Origin: Synechococcales cyanobacterium S06
GTDB lineage: Bacteria; Cyanobacteriota; Cyanobacteriia; Cyanobacteriales; JAABRE01
Reading direction: 5' to 3'
DNA: 64,000 nucleotides
Assembly: GCA_011391125.1 (NCBI GenBank)
Contig: JAABRE010000004.1
Span: forward strand, 26,921-90,920
A program made the position numbers and the translations under genes. Every line of letters begins with the position of its first letter. Positions within the stretch are counted from its first letter, which is position 1. Below the pieces are notes generated by a model. The model saw nothing but the letters and a program-made list of their open reading frames with translations. It did not search any database and was not told the DNA's origin. Shown here piece by piece: positions 1 through 8,425 of the stretch.

Positions 1-48
1 GGTGGGCAATTAATTGAGCTTTTTTGTGATTGCTTAAATATTGTTTAA

Positions 49-336
49 TTGACCCTCACCCCCAACCCCTCTCCCGAAGGGTGAGGGGAGTCGGACTCCC
101 CCCTCTCTCTGAGAGAGAGGGGGGTTGGGGGGGTGAGGGTTTCATTGACCCTCACCCCCAACCCCTCTCCCGAAGGGTGAGGGGAGTCGGATGGGGGGTG
201 AGGGTTTCATTGGCCCTCACCCCCAACCCCTCTCCCGAAGGGTGAGGGGAGTCGGATGGGGGGTGAGGGTTTCATTGACCCTCACCCCCAACCACTCTCC
301 CGAAGGGTGAGGGGAGTCGGATGGGGGGTGAGGGGG
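49..336. repeat. Tandem array of G/C-rich palindromic elements. Type A is CCCTCACCCCCAACCCCTCTCCCGAAGGGTGAGGGGAGTCGG plus a GGTGAGGG tail. The first unit also carries the type B palindrome CCCCCCTCTCTCTGAGAGAGAGGGGGG.
   Basis: Read directly. CATTG(A/G)CCCTCACC restarts at 143, 208 and 273, a 65-bp period. The first composite unit is longer (49-144). The array is far more G/C-rich than the flanking AT-rich DNA. Confidence 0.9.
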
Positions 337-365
337 TAAATAACAATTAATTGTTATTTATTTTT

Positions 366-3300
366 TCAAAAATTTAGGTTTCTAAACGCATTTAAAGCAG
401 CTTGTTTCACCCCATCAGAAACGATGGGAAATGTGGTTAAAATGTGGCTAAATTCGGTTTCAGTTAACCCATATAATTTGGCACAGATTCCGTCAATTTC
501 GGCCCGAATTTTTGCCCTTTCTGACTCCCCCCTCTCTCTCAGAGAGAGGGGGGTTGGGGGGGTGAGGGAAGCAGCTAAATCTTCATATTCTGGACTTGTA
601 CAAATTAATTTGGCTGCCCTTTCTACTATTTCTTGAAAGTAAGGATCACCTTCTGTTAATCTTGGCACAGGAAGTTGATAAATATAAAACATATTAACGT
701 TAGTTGTGACTTTTTGACGCAAGGTAAAATCGACGATAAAACTATTAAGAATACCTTGTAAATAAAGCAATTCTAAACTCGATATTTGCTTAACTTCTGA
801 TAATACTAACAGGGAATTTCCACAGAAGATATTTTTAGGTAATATAGATGCAATTAATGTTTTTTCATTGGTATTACTTGCGATCGCTCTTATTCCCAAT
901 CTATAACATTGGTAATCTAAAATTTGGCCATTGTCAACTCCTTTTTTGCCTAATATTTTTTGTCTTCCTTCTTCTTCATCAATCCAATATTTAGGAGCAG
1001 CAAAATTATGGGTAAATTGATGAATCATTTTCCCTTCATAGAGAGGTAATCTTCCTTTTCCTGACTCAGTTTTAAACAATTTACTATCATTAGTCATGTC
1101 AAATTCACGAGTTAATTTTAAATTCCATTTCCCCTCAATTTGTGCTCCTAAAAGGGGAAACTGACTCATTTTTTGCGCTATTTCTATGTCTAACTCCGAC
1201 TTAAATTCCATTACTGAGAGAGAATCAGGAGACAATTTCTTGATTAAATCTAGGGAAATATTCAGGGTATTTTCATCAGGAAAACTAGCTAATTCTGACA
1301 CATCATGACGCATAAATTTAGCGGGAAAAGATTGAGTAACATATTCCCCTCCCCCTGTGGGAGAGGGGTTAGGGGTGAGGGCATATTCCCCTCCCCCTGT
1401 GGGAGAGGGGTTAGGGGTGAGGGCATTTTCAAAAGTTAACACCACAAATTTAAACCTACTATCCACACCTTCAAAAATAGCTTTCCTATTTTCAAAACAG
1501 AATAAACCCGTGATTTTGGTCTGGGAAAATAACATTTCTCGCAGTTGTTTTGTACCTAAATCCGTATAAATTCCGCTAGGGATGACTATACCACACTCGC
1601 CATTTTTTGCCAGTAAATTAACACATTGCTCCACAAATAACTTATATAAATTAATATCAGTGCCTTGTTTTTTACCATTTACCACTGATATTTGATTGCG
1701 GTATTGTTCCGCATTGCGATAATATAAACTAACGTGGGGATAATTACTTTGATATTCCTGCCAAGCTGCGGCGATTTCTGGATTTTCGAGTAACTTTTGC
1801 TGCTGTTTTTCAAAAGTCTTAATATCCATCTTATTTTTAGTAACTAAATCGCTATATTCGGCGAAAAATTCCTTAGCTTGGGGTTTAAAAATTTCCCAAG
1901 GTGGATTAGTTAAAATAATGTCAAAACCGCCTTTTTTCCCGATGATTTCATCAAAATGATAACCCCAATGGAAAGGTTTTAAATTTTCCATGTCTTTGAG
2001 GTTTAATAAACGTTTTTTTGCCTTACCTTTTAGTTGTGTTTCCTCATATTTAATGCCTAAGTTTTGACTAAATTCATCTAACAAAATTTGGTTAAGTTTA
2101 CTGATAGATTCTTGGTTAACTTGTTCGATGTGTTGACGTAACATTTGCAGTCGATCTTCCTGCTCTGTGCCTTCAATTGTTTCCGCTTTAAATGCGTGTT
2201 GTTTATATAATTGAATGCTCTTGTTTTTTTCTTTTAATATTCTTTGATATTCGGAAGCCGCCAACATCGGCAACAAACTCCCTTGTCCATTTGCCCTCAC
2301 CCCCAGCCCCTCTCCCACAGGGTAATTTGCCCTCACCCCCAACCCCTCTCCCACAGGGTGAGGGGAGTCGGATGGGGGGGTGAGGGTTTCATTAGGGTGA
2401 GGGGAGTCGGATGGGGGGGTGAGGGTCTGATTTGCCCCCAACCCTTCTCCCACGGGTGAGGGGAGTAAAGTTTCAAAGGAATTACCATCAATTTTAGTTA
2501 AACCGATTAAGGAATTACCGGCCATAATGTTAAAATCAATGTTAGGTAAAGGTTCTAAATCTGCCACTTTTTCGGCACTAGCAACTAAGCTTAAAAATAA
2601 CCTTAATTTGGCGATTTCCGTGGCTTCTTCCATGATATCTACACCGTATAAATTGTCAGTAATTACCCGTTTTTTTATGTAGTATTCTAAGGATGGATGC
2701 TGGTTTTTAATATTAGTTAGTCGGGTTTTATTCGCTTCATCGCCGTGGTGTTCAATCCAGTTAAAAACCTCGGTATAAATGTTAATTAAATGTTGCAAAG
2801 CAGCCACTAAAAACGCGCCACTTCCACAAGCTGGATCGAGAATTGTCAAATTAGGCAAGATTTCATCTAATAATTGATTTGCCCTCACCCCCAGCCCCTC
2901 TCCCGAAGGGTGATTTGCCCTCACCCCCAGCCCCTCTCCCACAGGGAGATTTGCCCTCACCCCCAGCCCCTCTCCCACAGGGTGATTTGCCCTCACCCCC
3001 AGCCCCTCTCCCACAGGGTGAGGGGAGTCGGACTCCCCCCTCTCTCTGAGAGAGAGGGGGGTTGGGGGGGTGAGGGCGGAAATATATTTATTAATGGTTT
3101 TTTCGCACAAATAATTAGTTATTTCTGGTTTGGTGTAGTATGCGCCAAAGGCTTTTTGGTTAATATACTTCTCAAAAATATACCCTAAAACATCGGGGTT
3201 AATTTCGTTATCTTTACCCGTGGGAGTGTCGTTTAAGTGCCAAGTATAGCTAGAGAATAGACGAAATATTGCTTTAAATGCAGAGTTGGCGATATTTATT

Positions 3301-4145
3301 TTGTTATATTTTAGCTCCATTTTATGGGGTAAAAATAAGCCACCGTTTAGATATTTAATGTTACCAACTAGGGCAATTGTTTCGGGTTTTCTGGCTTTTT
3401 CTGGCTTGGCGATCGCCTCAAACCAAAGGGTTTTCAAAAATTCATAAAAGTTAGCTTCGTTTTGCTTTAATTTGTCTTGTAAATAGTCGGTATTTCCGTT
3501 ATCTAAAAAGCCTTTTTTCTGGAGAAAATAGAGAAACATTAGACGATTGAGGATTACGGAAGCATACCAGTTTTTATCTTTTTCGTTGTCAATTCCCGTG
3601 ATAAAAATGACAAATTTTTTATGCTCTTGTTGGAATTCCTCGAAGAATTTTTTAGTGATTTTTTCGATGTCAAATGCTTTTTTGACCTTCGATGTTACCT
3701 GTAATAAAGTTAAGTGGTCTTCTTCGGCAAAGTCGATATAAATTTGCTCTAATTTTTGTAGCAATAATTCCCCAGTTTGTTTAATATTAAAGTTAGTTTC
3801 TCTGTTTTTTGAGGTTTTGTCACTTTCCTTATTTTGCCATTGCCAAATTTGCTTTTCTGAGGAGTTATCGGCATAAATGACAATATTTTCAAAGGAATGA
3901 CTACTAATTTCTGAGGCCAGATATTTGCGGGTTTTACTGTCAGGAAATATGCCATTTTCTGAGGTGCAATGATAAACGGTTAAACCTCTTTTTTGCGCTA
4001 CTGCTGTTAGATTGTAGCAATTATCATTATGTTTAATAACAAGGGAATCACTGTTAGGATTATCCCAACCTAATTCTTCAATAAACAGGGATTCAAAGTC
4101 GAACTTTTTCAGGTAATTTAAGGCATTTTGACGATTAATTTTCAT
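366..4145 (-). CDS. Eco57I/TaqI-like N6-adenine DNA methyltransferase with a C-terminal specificity region (methyltransferase 1). It carries four blocks of in-frame repeat insertions.
   Basis: Motif I is ILDPACGSGAFLV and motif IV is ILTNPPWEIFKP. It also has NIMAGNSLIG and a C-terminal LQGILNSFIVDFTLRQ...YIYQLPVP region typical of TaqI/Eco57I-type specificity domains. The N-terminus reads LFIEELGWD. The 1259-aa ORF is uninterrupted. Confidence 0.85.
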   Translation of the reverse strand: MKINRQNALNYLKKFDFESLFIEELGWDNPNSDSLVIKHNDNCYNLTAVAQKRGLTVYHCTSENGIFPDSKTRKYLASEISSHSFENIVIYADNSSEKQIWQWQNKESDKTSKNRETNFNIKQTGELLLQKLEQIYIDFAEEDHLTLLQVTSKVKKAFDIEKITKKFFEEFQQEHKKFVIFITGIDNEKDKNWYASVILNRLMFLYFLQKKGFLDNGNTDYLQDKLKQNEANFYEFLKTLWFEAIAKPEKARKPETIALVGNIKYLNGGLFLPHKMELKYNKINIANSAFKAIFRLFSSYTWHLNDTPTGKDNEINPDVLGYIFEKYINQKAFGAYYTKPEITNYLCEKTINKYISALTPPTPLSLRERGESDSPHPVGEGLGVRANHPVGEGLGVRANLPVGEGLGVRANHPSGEGLGVRANQLLDEILPNLTILDPACGSGAFLVAALQHLINIYTEVFNWIEHHGDEANKTRLTNIKNQHPSLEYYIKKRVITDNLYGVDIMEEATEIAKLRLFLSLVASAEKVADLEPLPNIDFNIMAGNSLIGLTKIDGNSFETLLPSPVGEGLGANQTLTPPSDSPHPNETLTPPSDSPHPVGEGLGVRANYPVGEGLGVRANGQGSLLPMLAASEYQRILKEKNKSIQLYKQHAFKAETIEGTEQEDRLQMLRQHIEQVNQESISKLNQILLDEFSQNLGIKYEETQLKGKAKKRLLNLKDMENLKPFHWGYHFDEIIGKKGGFDIILTNPPWEIFKPQAKEFFAEYSDLVTKNKMDIKTFEKQQQKLLENPEIAAAWQEYQSNYPHVSLYYRNAEQYRNQISVVNGKKQGTDINLYKLFVEQCVNLLAKNGECGIVIPSGIYTDLGTKQLREMLFSQTKITGLFCFENRKAIFEGVDSRFKFVVLTFENALTPNPSPTGGGEYALTPNPSPTGGGEYVTQSFPAKFMRHDVSELASFPDENTLNISLDLIKKLSPDSLSVMEFKSELDIEIAQKMSQFPLLGAQIEGKWNLKLTREFDMTNDSKLFKTESGKGRLPLYEGKMIHQFTHNFAAPKYWIDEEEGRQKILGKKGVDNGQILDYQCYRLGIRAIASNTNEKTLIASILPKNIFCGNSLLVLSEVKQISSLELLYLQGILNSFIVDFTLRQKVTTNVNMFYIYQLPVPRLTEGDPYFQEIVERAAKLICTSPEYEDLAASLTPPTPLSLRERGESERAKIRAEIDGICAKLYGLTETEFSHILTTFPIVSDGVKQAALNAFRNLNF
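523..568. repeat. Type B palindromic element inside the methyltransferase 1 CDS
   Basis: Sequence is GACTCCCCCCTCTCTCTCAGAGAGAGGGGGGTTGGGGGGGTGAGGG. It is translated in frame as LTPPTPLSLRERGES. Confidence 0.85.
1341..1424. repeat. Two tandem 42-bp type A-variant elements inside the methyltransferase 1 CDS
   Basis: ATATTCCCCTCCCCCTGTGGGAGAGGGGTTAGGGGTGAGGGC occurs twice, starting at 1341 and 1383. It is translated as ALTPNPSPTGGGEY twice. Confidence 0.9.
2289..2465. repeat. Cluster of type A elements and fragments (36-bp and 39-bp periods) inside the methyltransferase 1 CDS
   Basis: GCCCTCACCCCCA(G/A)CCCCTCTCCCACAGGGT starts at 2293 and 2329. GGGTGAGGGGAGTCGGATGGGGGGGTGAGGGT occurs twice with a 39-bp period. 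The translation is PVGEGLGVRAN-type repeats. Confidence 0.85.
2877..3077. repeat. Four tandem 36-bp type A units followed by one type B palindrome, inside the methyltransferase 1 CDS just upstream of motif I
   Basis: GCCCTCACCC starts at 2881, 2917, 2953 and 2989, an exact 36-bp period. CCCCCCTCTCTCTGAGAGAGAGGGGGG follows. The translation is HPVGEGLGVRAN four times, then SLRERG. Confidence 0.9.
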
Positions 4146-4156
4146 GGTTTTTGTTC

Positions 4157-4534
4157 TTATTTTTTGAGATAATCATTAGCAAAATTAAAGAATTCTTCGG
4201 CTTTAGCTATTTGTATTTTAACTTGTGATGCTTCAATAATATTAATATCACCATAGTCACCTAAATGGCGTAAATCTTGGGCTTGTTTTAAGTATTGATG
4301 ATATTTTCTGGGTACTAAATCTGTTTTAGCAAATTCACGACCAAAAGCAGAAATTACAGCAGAATGTTTAGAAAAGCCAAGGTTTTTACTAGCTAAAAAA
4401 GCCGATGCTAGATAAAACATTGTATAGTAAGCTCTGGCTACGGCAAAATCAGGATAACCTCCTTCTAGTAACAATTTTGATGCAGCTAAACTTTGTTGAG
4501 CTTTAATAATTAGATGTTCTATATCTTCATTCAT
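4157..4534 (-). CDS. HEPN domain protein, the putative toxin of an MNT-HEPN pair
   Basis: 125 aa with AQDLRHLGDYGD, a HEPN-type R...Y motif near the C-terminal third. It overlaps the upstream MNT gene by 4 nt (ATGA). Confidence 0.7.
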   Translation of the reverse strand: MNEDIEHLIIKAQQSLAASKLLLEGGYPDFAVARAYYTMFYLASAFLASKNLGFSKHSAVISAFGREFAKTDLVPRKYHQYLKQAQDLRHLGDYGDINIIEASQVKIQIAKAEEFFNFANDYLKK

Positions 4535-4857
4535 AATAAGATTCCATCTTTTTTGATATTTTTTATTAGTGGTTTATTCTCTTGGTTAAGTTTTGATTCT
4601 GAGAGATAAAAACAATTAATTAAAGCCTCATATTTTAAACACATTTCACTGATTAAATAGCTATTTTTCGTTATTTCTTCCACGGGGTTAACGTCATCTT
4701 TTAATACTACTAATATATCAATATCAGAGTCTGGTTGAGCATCTCCTCTAGCCTGTGAACCAAACAAAATTAATTTGCTTAATCTTTCTTGATAAATTAA
4801 GTTAAACTCTTTTTTTACTTCTTCAGTAATAGATTTTATTGTTTGATTAGCTGTCAT
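4531..4857 (-). CDS. Minimal nucleotidyltransferase (MNT), the putative antitoxin of an MNT-HEPN pair
   Basis: LFGSQARGDAQPDSDIDILVV matches the GSxxRG...DxD nucleotidyltransferase signature. 108 aa. Confidence 0.8.
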   Translation of the reverse strand: MTANQTIKSITEEVKKEFNLIYQERLSKLILFGSQARGDAQPDSDIDILVVLKDDVNPVEEITKNSYLISEMCLKYEALINCFYLSESKLNQENKPLIKNIKKDGILL

Positions 4858-4878
4858 TTTTTTACCCCTTTTTATTTG

Positions 4879-7800
4879 TTAATTATTAATTGTAAATAAT
4901 CCCAATGAACAAATTATTTGTGCTTCTCTGAGTTCATCTTCTGGATTTATTATACAAAGTCCGTTGTTTTCTCGCAAGGTTATTACTATTTTTGCCAATT
5001 CTTCGTTGCTCAAATTTTTGCCACGTTGTTTGTTTAATCTGGCGATCGCAGTCTGTTTTAAGGGATAATTATAAATTTCTTCAACCGCTTGACAAAGATT
5101 TTCCCAGTCGTTACCCTGGGCTAAAATTGGCGTTTTTGTTTCAATCCATTGCAGGTAGTTTTTTAGTTGTTGGTAGGTCCTCGCTCTTGCGCCTTTAGCA
5201 TTGCCTAAACGCCCGCCGAGGCTTTTTTGCTGTTTTTGGATAAATTCAGACCCTAATGCCACTAATTCGTGGTGTTGGGGATGTTTTTGGATGGGGGATG
5301 CATCCCTCGCACAGGCTGCCAGCCGCAAAATCCGCGTTTGCGATTGGGTGACACTTTGGCCTTTTTCGTCTATCCACGCCAACGCGTCTGTACCTTCGGG
5401 TGTTCTCAAATACATCAATACCCCTTGGGGATCAATATCTGTGCCTTGATGATTACGGGTGCTATAGCTGACATTGGGTAGGTTTTCAATGATGGTTTTG
5501 AGGGAAGGATCAGATGCGATCGCATTTTGCCAAATTTGCCAAGCTTCGGAGATAAAATCCACTGACTGTTGGTCTTCTTCGTCTAAAATGCCAGATTTTT
5601 CGTGGTATAAATCGAGGATTAACTGAGGGGAAATGTCCTCAAAAAATACCTCGTCGGTGCCAACTACTTCGGCGTTTTGTTGGAGGCGATCGCTTAATCT
5701 ACCTCGTAAATTAATTAAGTTTTCGACTCCTTCTGCGGGTAAAAAGGAGTAACACAAAATTTCAGGAGCGTTTTGACCAATTCTATCAACTCTGCCCGCT
5801 CTTTGGATTAATCGAATAATTGCCCAAGGAAGATCATAGTTAACAATAATATGACAATCCTGTAAGTTTTGACCTTCACTTAAAACATCGGTGGCAATTA
5901 AAATTCTTAATTCATTTTCTGGGGCAATTTTAGCTTCTTTTTTGTTACTTTTAGGACTAAAACGAGCCGCTAATTCGGTGGGATTATTGCTGTTTCCTGT
6001 GACACTTTCCAGGTTAGCAATTCCTTGGTTTTCCAAGGCTTTTTTTAAGTAGTGAGTGGTGTCAGCAAATTGGGTAAAAATTAGGACTTTATCTTGGCAA
6101 TGTTGGCCTTTTAAAAGTTCACTTAAAGCTAACAATTTTTGGTCTTGTTTTTCCTCCCAATTGCCACAATCTTGCAAAAGATTAATTAAATTTTGGGCAT
6201 CTGCTCGTAAATCTTTGAATAAATTTTTAGTAAATAAATCACTCCTTAACCATTTAAAACGTTTGGGATATTTATTTGCGTAGATTTCATAGACTTTAGC
6301 CGCTTGTTTTTGGTACTCTTTTTCTGTCTTTAAAAGGCTGTTAGCTTCTAGGCTGCTTGTTTTATCGTCATTTTCTGAATTATCATCTTCCCAAGTTACA
6401 CTATTAATAGAATCGGTATCTTCATCATTATTAAGAGTATCTAAAAAGCCTAAATCCTGTGTACCAATGGGAATTTCTAAGTTATTTTTTAGGGCATAAA
6501 TGTAAATATAATTCCGTAAAATATGGCGCTCTAAGGATTGAATGAAAGCAAAGCCACTACTTTCTAATCGTTTAAATAAATTGGTGCGACAAAATCCCAT
6601 TAAACGACGACCTGCTCTTGATAAATTACTCAGTTGTTTCTGCTCAGCCTCGGTTAAATTTTTAGGTTTCTTTTCCACTTGATAATTTCCTAAACCATAG
6701 CGAGGTAATTTGAGATTATTAATAATATTAATTACCTCTTCTGAATATAATCTGCTGTAAATATCAGATTGAGGGTTTTTAACGGGAAATTTAATGGTTT
6801 TGGGAATCCGTAAAGGAAAATAAGACCGACTTCCATCGGGAAATTCTAAATAAATACGCCCAGTTAGGTCATCTTTTTTGGCGTAATTTTGTTTGATAAA
6901 ACTCCTAGTTCGTCTTACCATATAATGACTCATTAATTGTTGCCAATCTTCTGAATATTCGCTCTTTTCAAAGGCTGCAATTGACCGAATCTGAGTTTGA
7001 GGAAATTGTTGAATGAAACTTTTTTCTTGACGGCTTAAATACTGGATTAATGCGTCAGGTTTAATGCCTAAATCTTTGTCTTCTGGGATAAATAAACGTA
7101 GTTGTGCGGATAAATCTAAGTAGTTTTTATTATAGGGGGTTGCTGTTAGTAAGATACAACGACTATCACTTTCTTCAATGTATTGTTTAATTGCTGCATA
7201 ACGTTGTCCTTCTTTGTTTCTTAAATTATGACTTTCGTCGATTAATACTAATCTAAATCGAGCGGGAATATTGCCCAATTCTTTTGTTACCATACTGAAG
7301 GGAATTACTTTACCTCTTAATCCATATTCTGCGACATAATTTTCCCACATTAAGACTAAGTTTTTTGGACAAATAATTAAGGTGCTAAAACCGAAATCTT
7401 CTTCACAAATTCTTGCTATTGCTGTCCCTATCAATGTTTTCCCCAAACCTACTACATCTCCTACTATTACTCCCCCTCTTTTATTAACATGATTGGTGGC
7501 AATTTTTACTGCTAATTCTTGAAATTCAAATAGCTTAAATTCATCTGGTATCTGATATTGATTTAATCCGTCTCTTGCTTCTTGGGATAAATGATAGGCC
7601 ATTTTTAAATAGATATAATAGGGCGGAATTAGGTCTTCTCTAGCCCAACTTTCATCTATTATTGTGATTAATTCTTGGGAAATATCTAAGCAAAATTTAT
7701 CTGACCACATTTCGTTAAACCAATTTTGTAATTTGGCTGTAGCATCGTGTTCAAGCACGTCTATGTTTAATTCTCCCTGTTTTAAGAGGCCAGATAAGGT

Positions 7801-8289
7801 TAAATTACTACTTCCTAAAAAGGCTATCATTGGTAAATTGATTTGATGTTGGGGTATTAAATAAAGTTTACCATGCAAGGGATTTCTTAAATATAATTTA
7901 ACTACTAATTTTTTATTAAGCAATTGTTTTTTTAATTGTTGCAGATACAATTCATCCCGATTATTAGGACATCCTAATATTAATTGCCGACGAAATTCTT
8001 GGGCTACTTTTTTCTTAATTTTTTGAGCCTCATTTTGATCTATTTTGCGGTTTTCTTTTTCTAAACTTAGTGCCTTATATAGTTGATCTTTTTCCAGTTT
8101 TTGCATCCCAATTAATAACCGACAACAGTTATTTTCTCCCCCACTAAACTGCTCGATTTCTTCACTAATTAATTGCCATCCCCTTAAGTTAAAATAACCG
8201 ACACAAAAATCGGCGCTTTTGGCATTTTGTAAACTATGTTTTAGTGTCTCTAATAGCTGTTGGTTAATATTGTCAAAAATGCGTGGCAT
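4879..8289 (-). CDS. Fusion of an N-terminal PLD-family (HKD) nuclease domain with an SNF2/SF2 helicase
   Basis: HKD motif: LHGKLYLI...FLGSSNLTLSGL. Helicase motif I is GDVVGLGKTLIG, motif II is LIDESHNLRN and motif VI is QRAGRVDRIGQ. 1136 aa. The stop codon lies 21 bp from the MNT start. Confidence 0.85.
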   Translation of the reverse strand: MPRIFDNINQQLLETLKHSLQNAKSADFCVGYFNLRGWQLISEEIEQFSGGENNCCRLLIGMQKLEKDQLYKALSLEKENRKIDQNEAQKIKKKVAQEFRRQLILGCPNNRDELYLQQLKKQLLNKKLVVKLYLRNPLHGKLYLIPQHQINLPMIAFLGSSNLTLSGLLKQGELNIDVLEHDATAKLQNWFNEMWSDKFCLDISQELITIIDESWAREDLIPPYYIYLKMAYHLSQEARDGLNQYQIPDEFKLFEFQELAVKIATNHVNKRGGVIVGDVVGLGKTLIGTAIARICEEDFGFSTLIICPKNLVLMWENYVAEYGLRGKVIPFSMVTKELGNIPARFRLVLIDESHNLRNKEGQRYAAIKQYIEESDSRCILLTATPYNKNYLDLSAQLRLFIPEDKDLGIKPDALIQYLSRQEKSFIQQFPQTQIRSIAAFEKSEYSEDWQQLMSHYMVRRTRSFIKQNYAKKDDLTGRIYLEFPDGSRSYFPLRIPKTIKFPVKNPQSDIYSRLYSEEVINIINNLKLPRYGLGNYQVEKKPKNLTEAEQKQLSNLSRAGRRLMGFCRTNLFKRLESSGFAFIQSLERHILRNYIYIYALKNNLEIPIGTQDLGFLDTLNNDEDTDSINSVTWEDDNSENDDKTSSLEANSLLKTEKEYQKQAAKVYEIYANKYPKRFKWLRSDLFTKNLFKDLRADAQNLINLLQDCGNWEEKQDQKLLALSELLKGQHCQDKVLIFTQFADTTHYLKKALENQGIANLESVTGNSNNPTELAARFSPKSNKKEAKIAPENELRILIATDVLSEGQNLQDCHIIVNYDLPWAIIRLIQRAGRVDRIGQNAPEILCYSFLPAEGVENLINLRGRLSDRLQQNAEVVGTDEVFFEDISPQLILDLYHEKSGILDEEDQQSVDFISEAWQIWQNAIASDPSLKTIIENLPNVSYSTRNHQGTDIDPQGVLMYLRTPEGTDALAWIDEKGQSVTQSQTRILRLAACARDASPIQKHPQHHELVALGSEFIQKQQKSLGGRLGNAKGARARTYQQLKNYLQWIETKTPILAQGNDWENLCQAVEEIYNYPLKQTAIARLNKQRGKNLSNEELAKIVITLRENNGLCIINPEDELREAQIICSLGLFTINN

Positions 8290-8320
8290 AATCTATTTTT
8301 CTCTTCTTAAATTATAGTAA

Positions 8321-8378
8321 GGTGGGCAATTCTCAAGAAATTATCCTTTTAAAATTAATTTGCTTAAATTGCCCACTC
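8321..8378. repeat. Small hairpin element with GGTGGGCAATT / AATTGCCCAC termini
   Basis: Terminal inverted repeats read directly. Related copies lie at 1-50, 59221-59264 and inside a CDS at 45098-45235. It sits between the lgt stop and the helicase start. Confidence 0.7.
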
Positions 8379-8425
8379 TAACTATATTAGCGCTAAAGGG
8401 CAACAAAGAGCGCTGGCATTTTTGT

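Noticed and set aside
30-245. 71-aa ORF, together with the similar plus-strand ORFs at 1357-1569, 2192-2459 and 2874-3188, whose products are rich in PHPQPLS and GVG motifs
   Set aside because: These are translations of the G/C-rich palindromic repeats, which lack stop codons in several frames. They are either intergenic or antisense to the well-supported methyltransferase 1 CDS. They are not genes.
49-3077. Regularly spaced G/C-rich repeats considered as a possible CRISPR array
   Set aside because: The units are contiguous or overlapping, with no unique spacers of constant length. Periods differ between blocks (36, 39, 42 and 65 bp). Most copies lie inside an open reading frame. No cas genes are present in the window.
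366-8289. Classifying the helicase/methyltransferase operon as DISARM or BREX
   Set aside because: The DISARM core genes are absent (the DrmA helicase, the DUF1998 protein DrmB and a separate DrmC). The BREX hallmarks (PglZ phosphatase, BrxC ATPase, BrxL) are also absent from the operon and its flanks. Only the SNF2-plus-adenine-methylase theme is shared.
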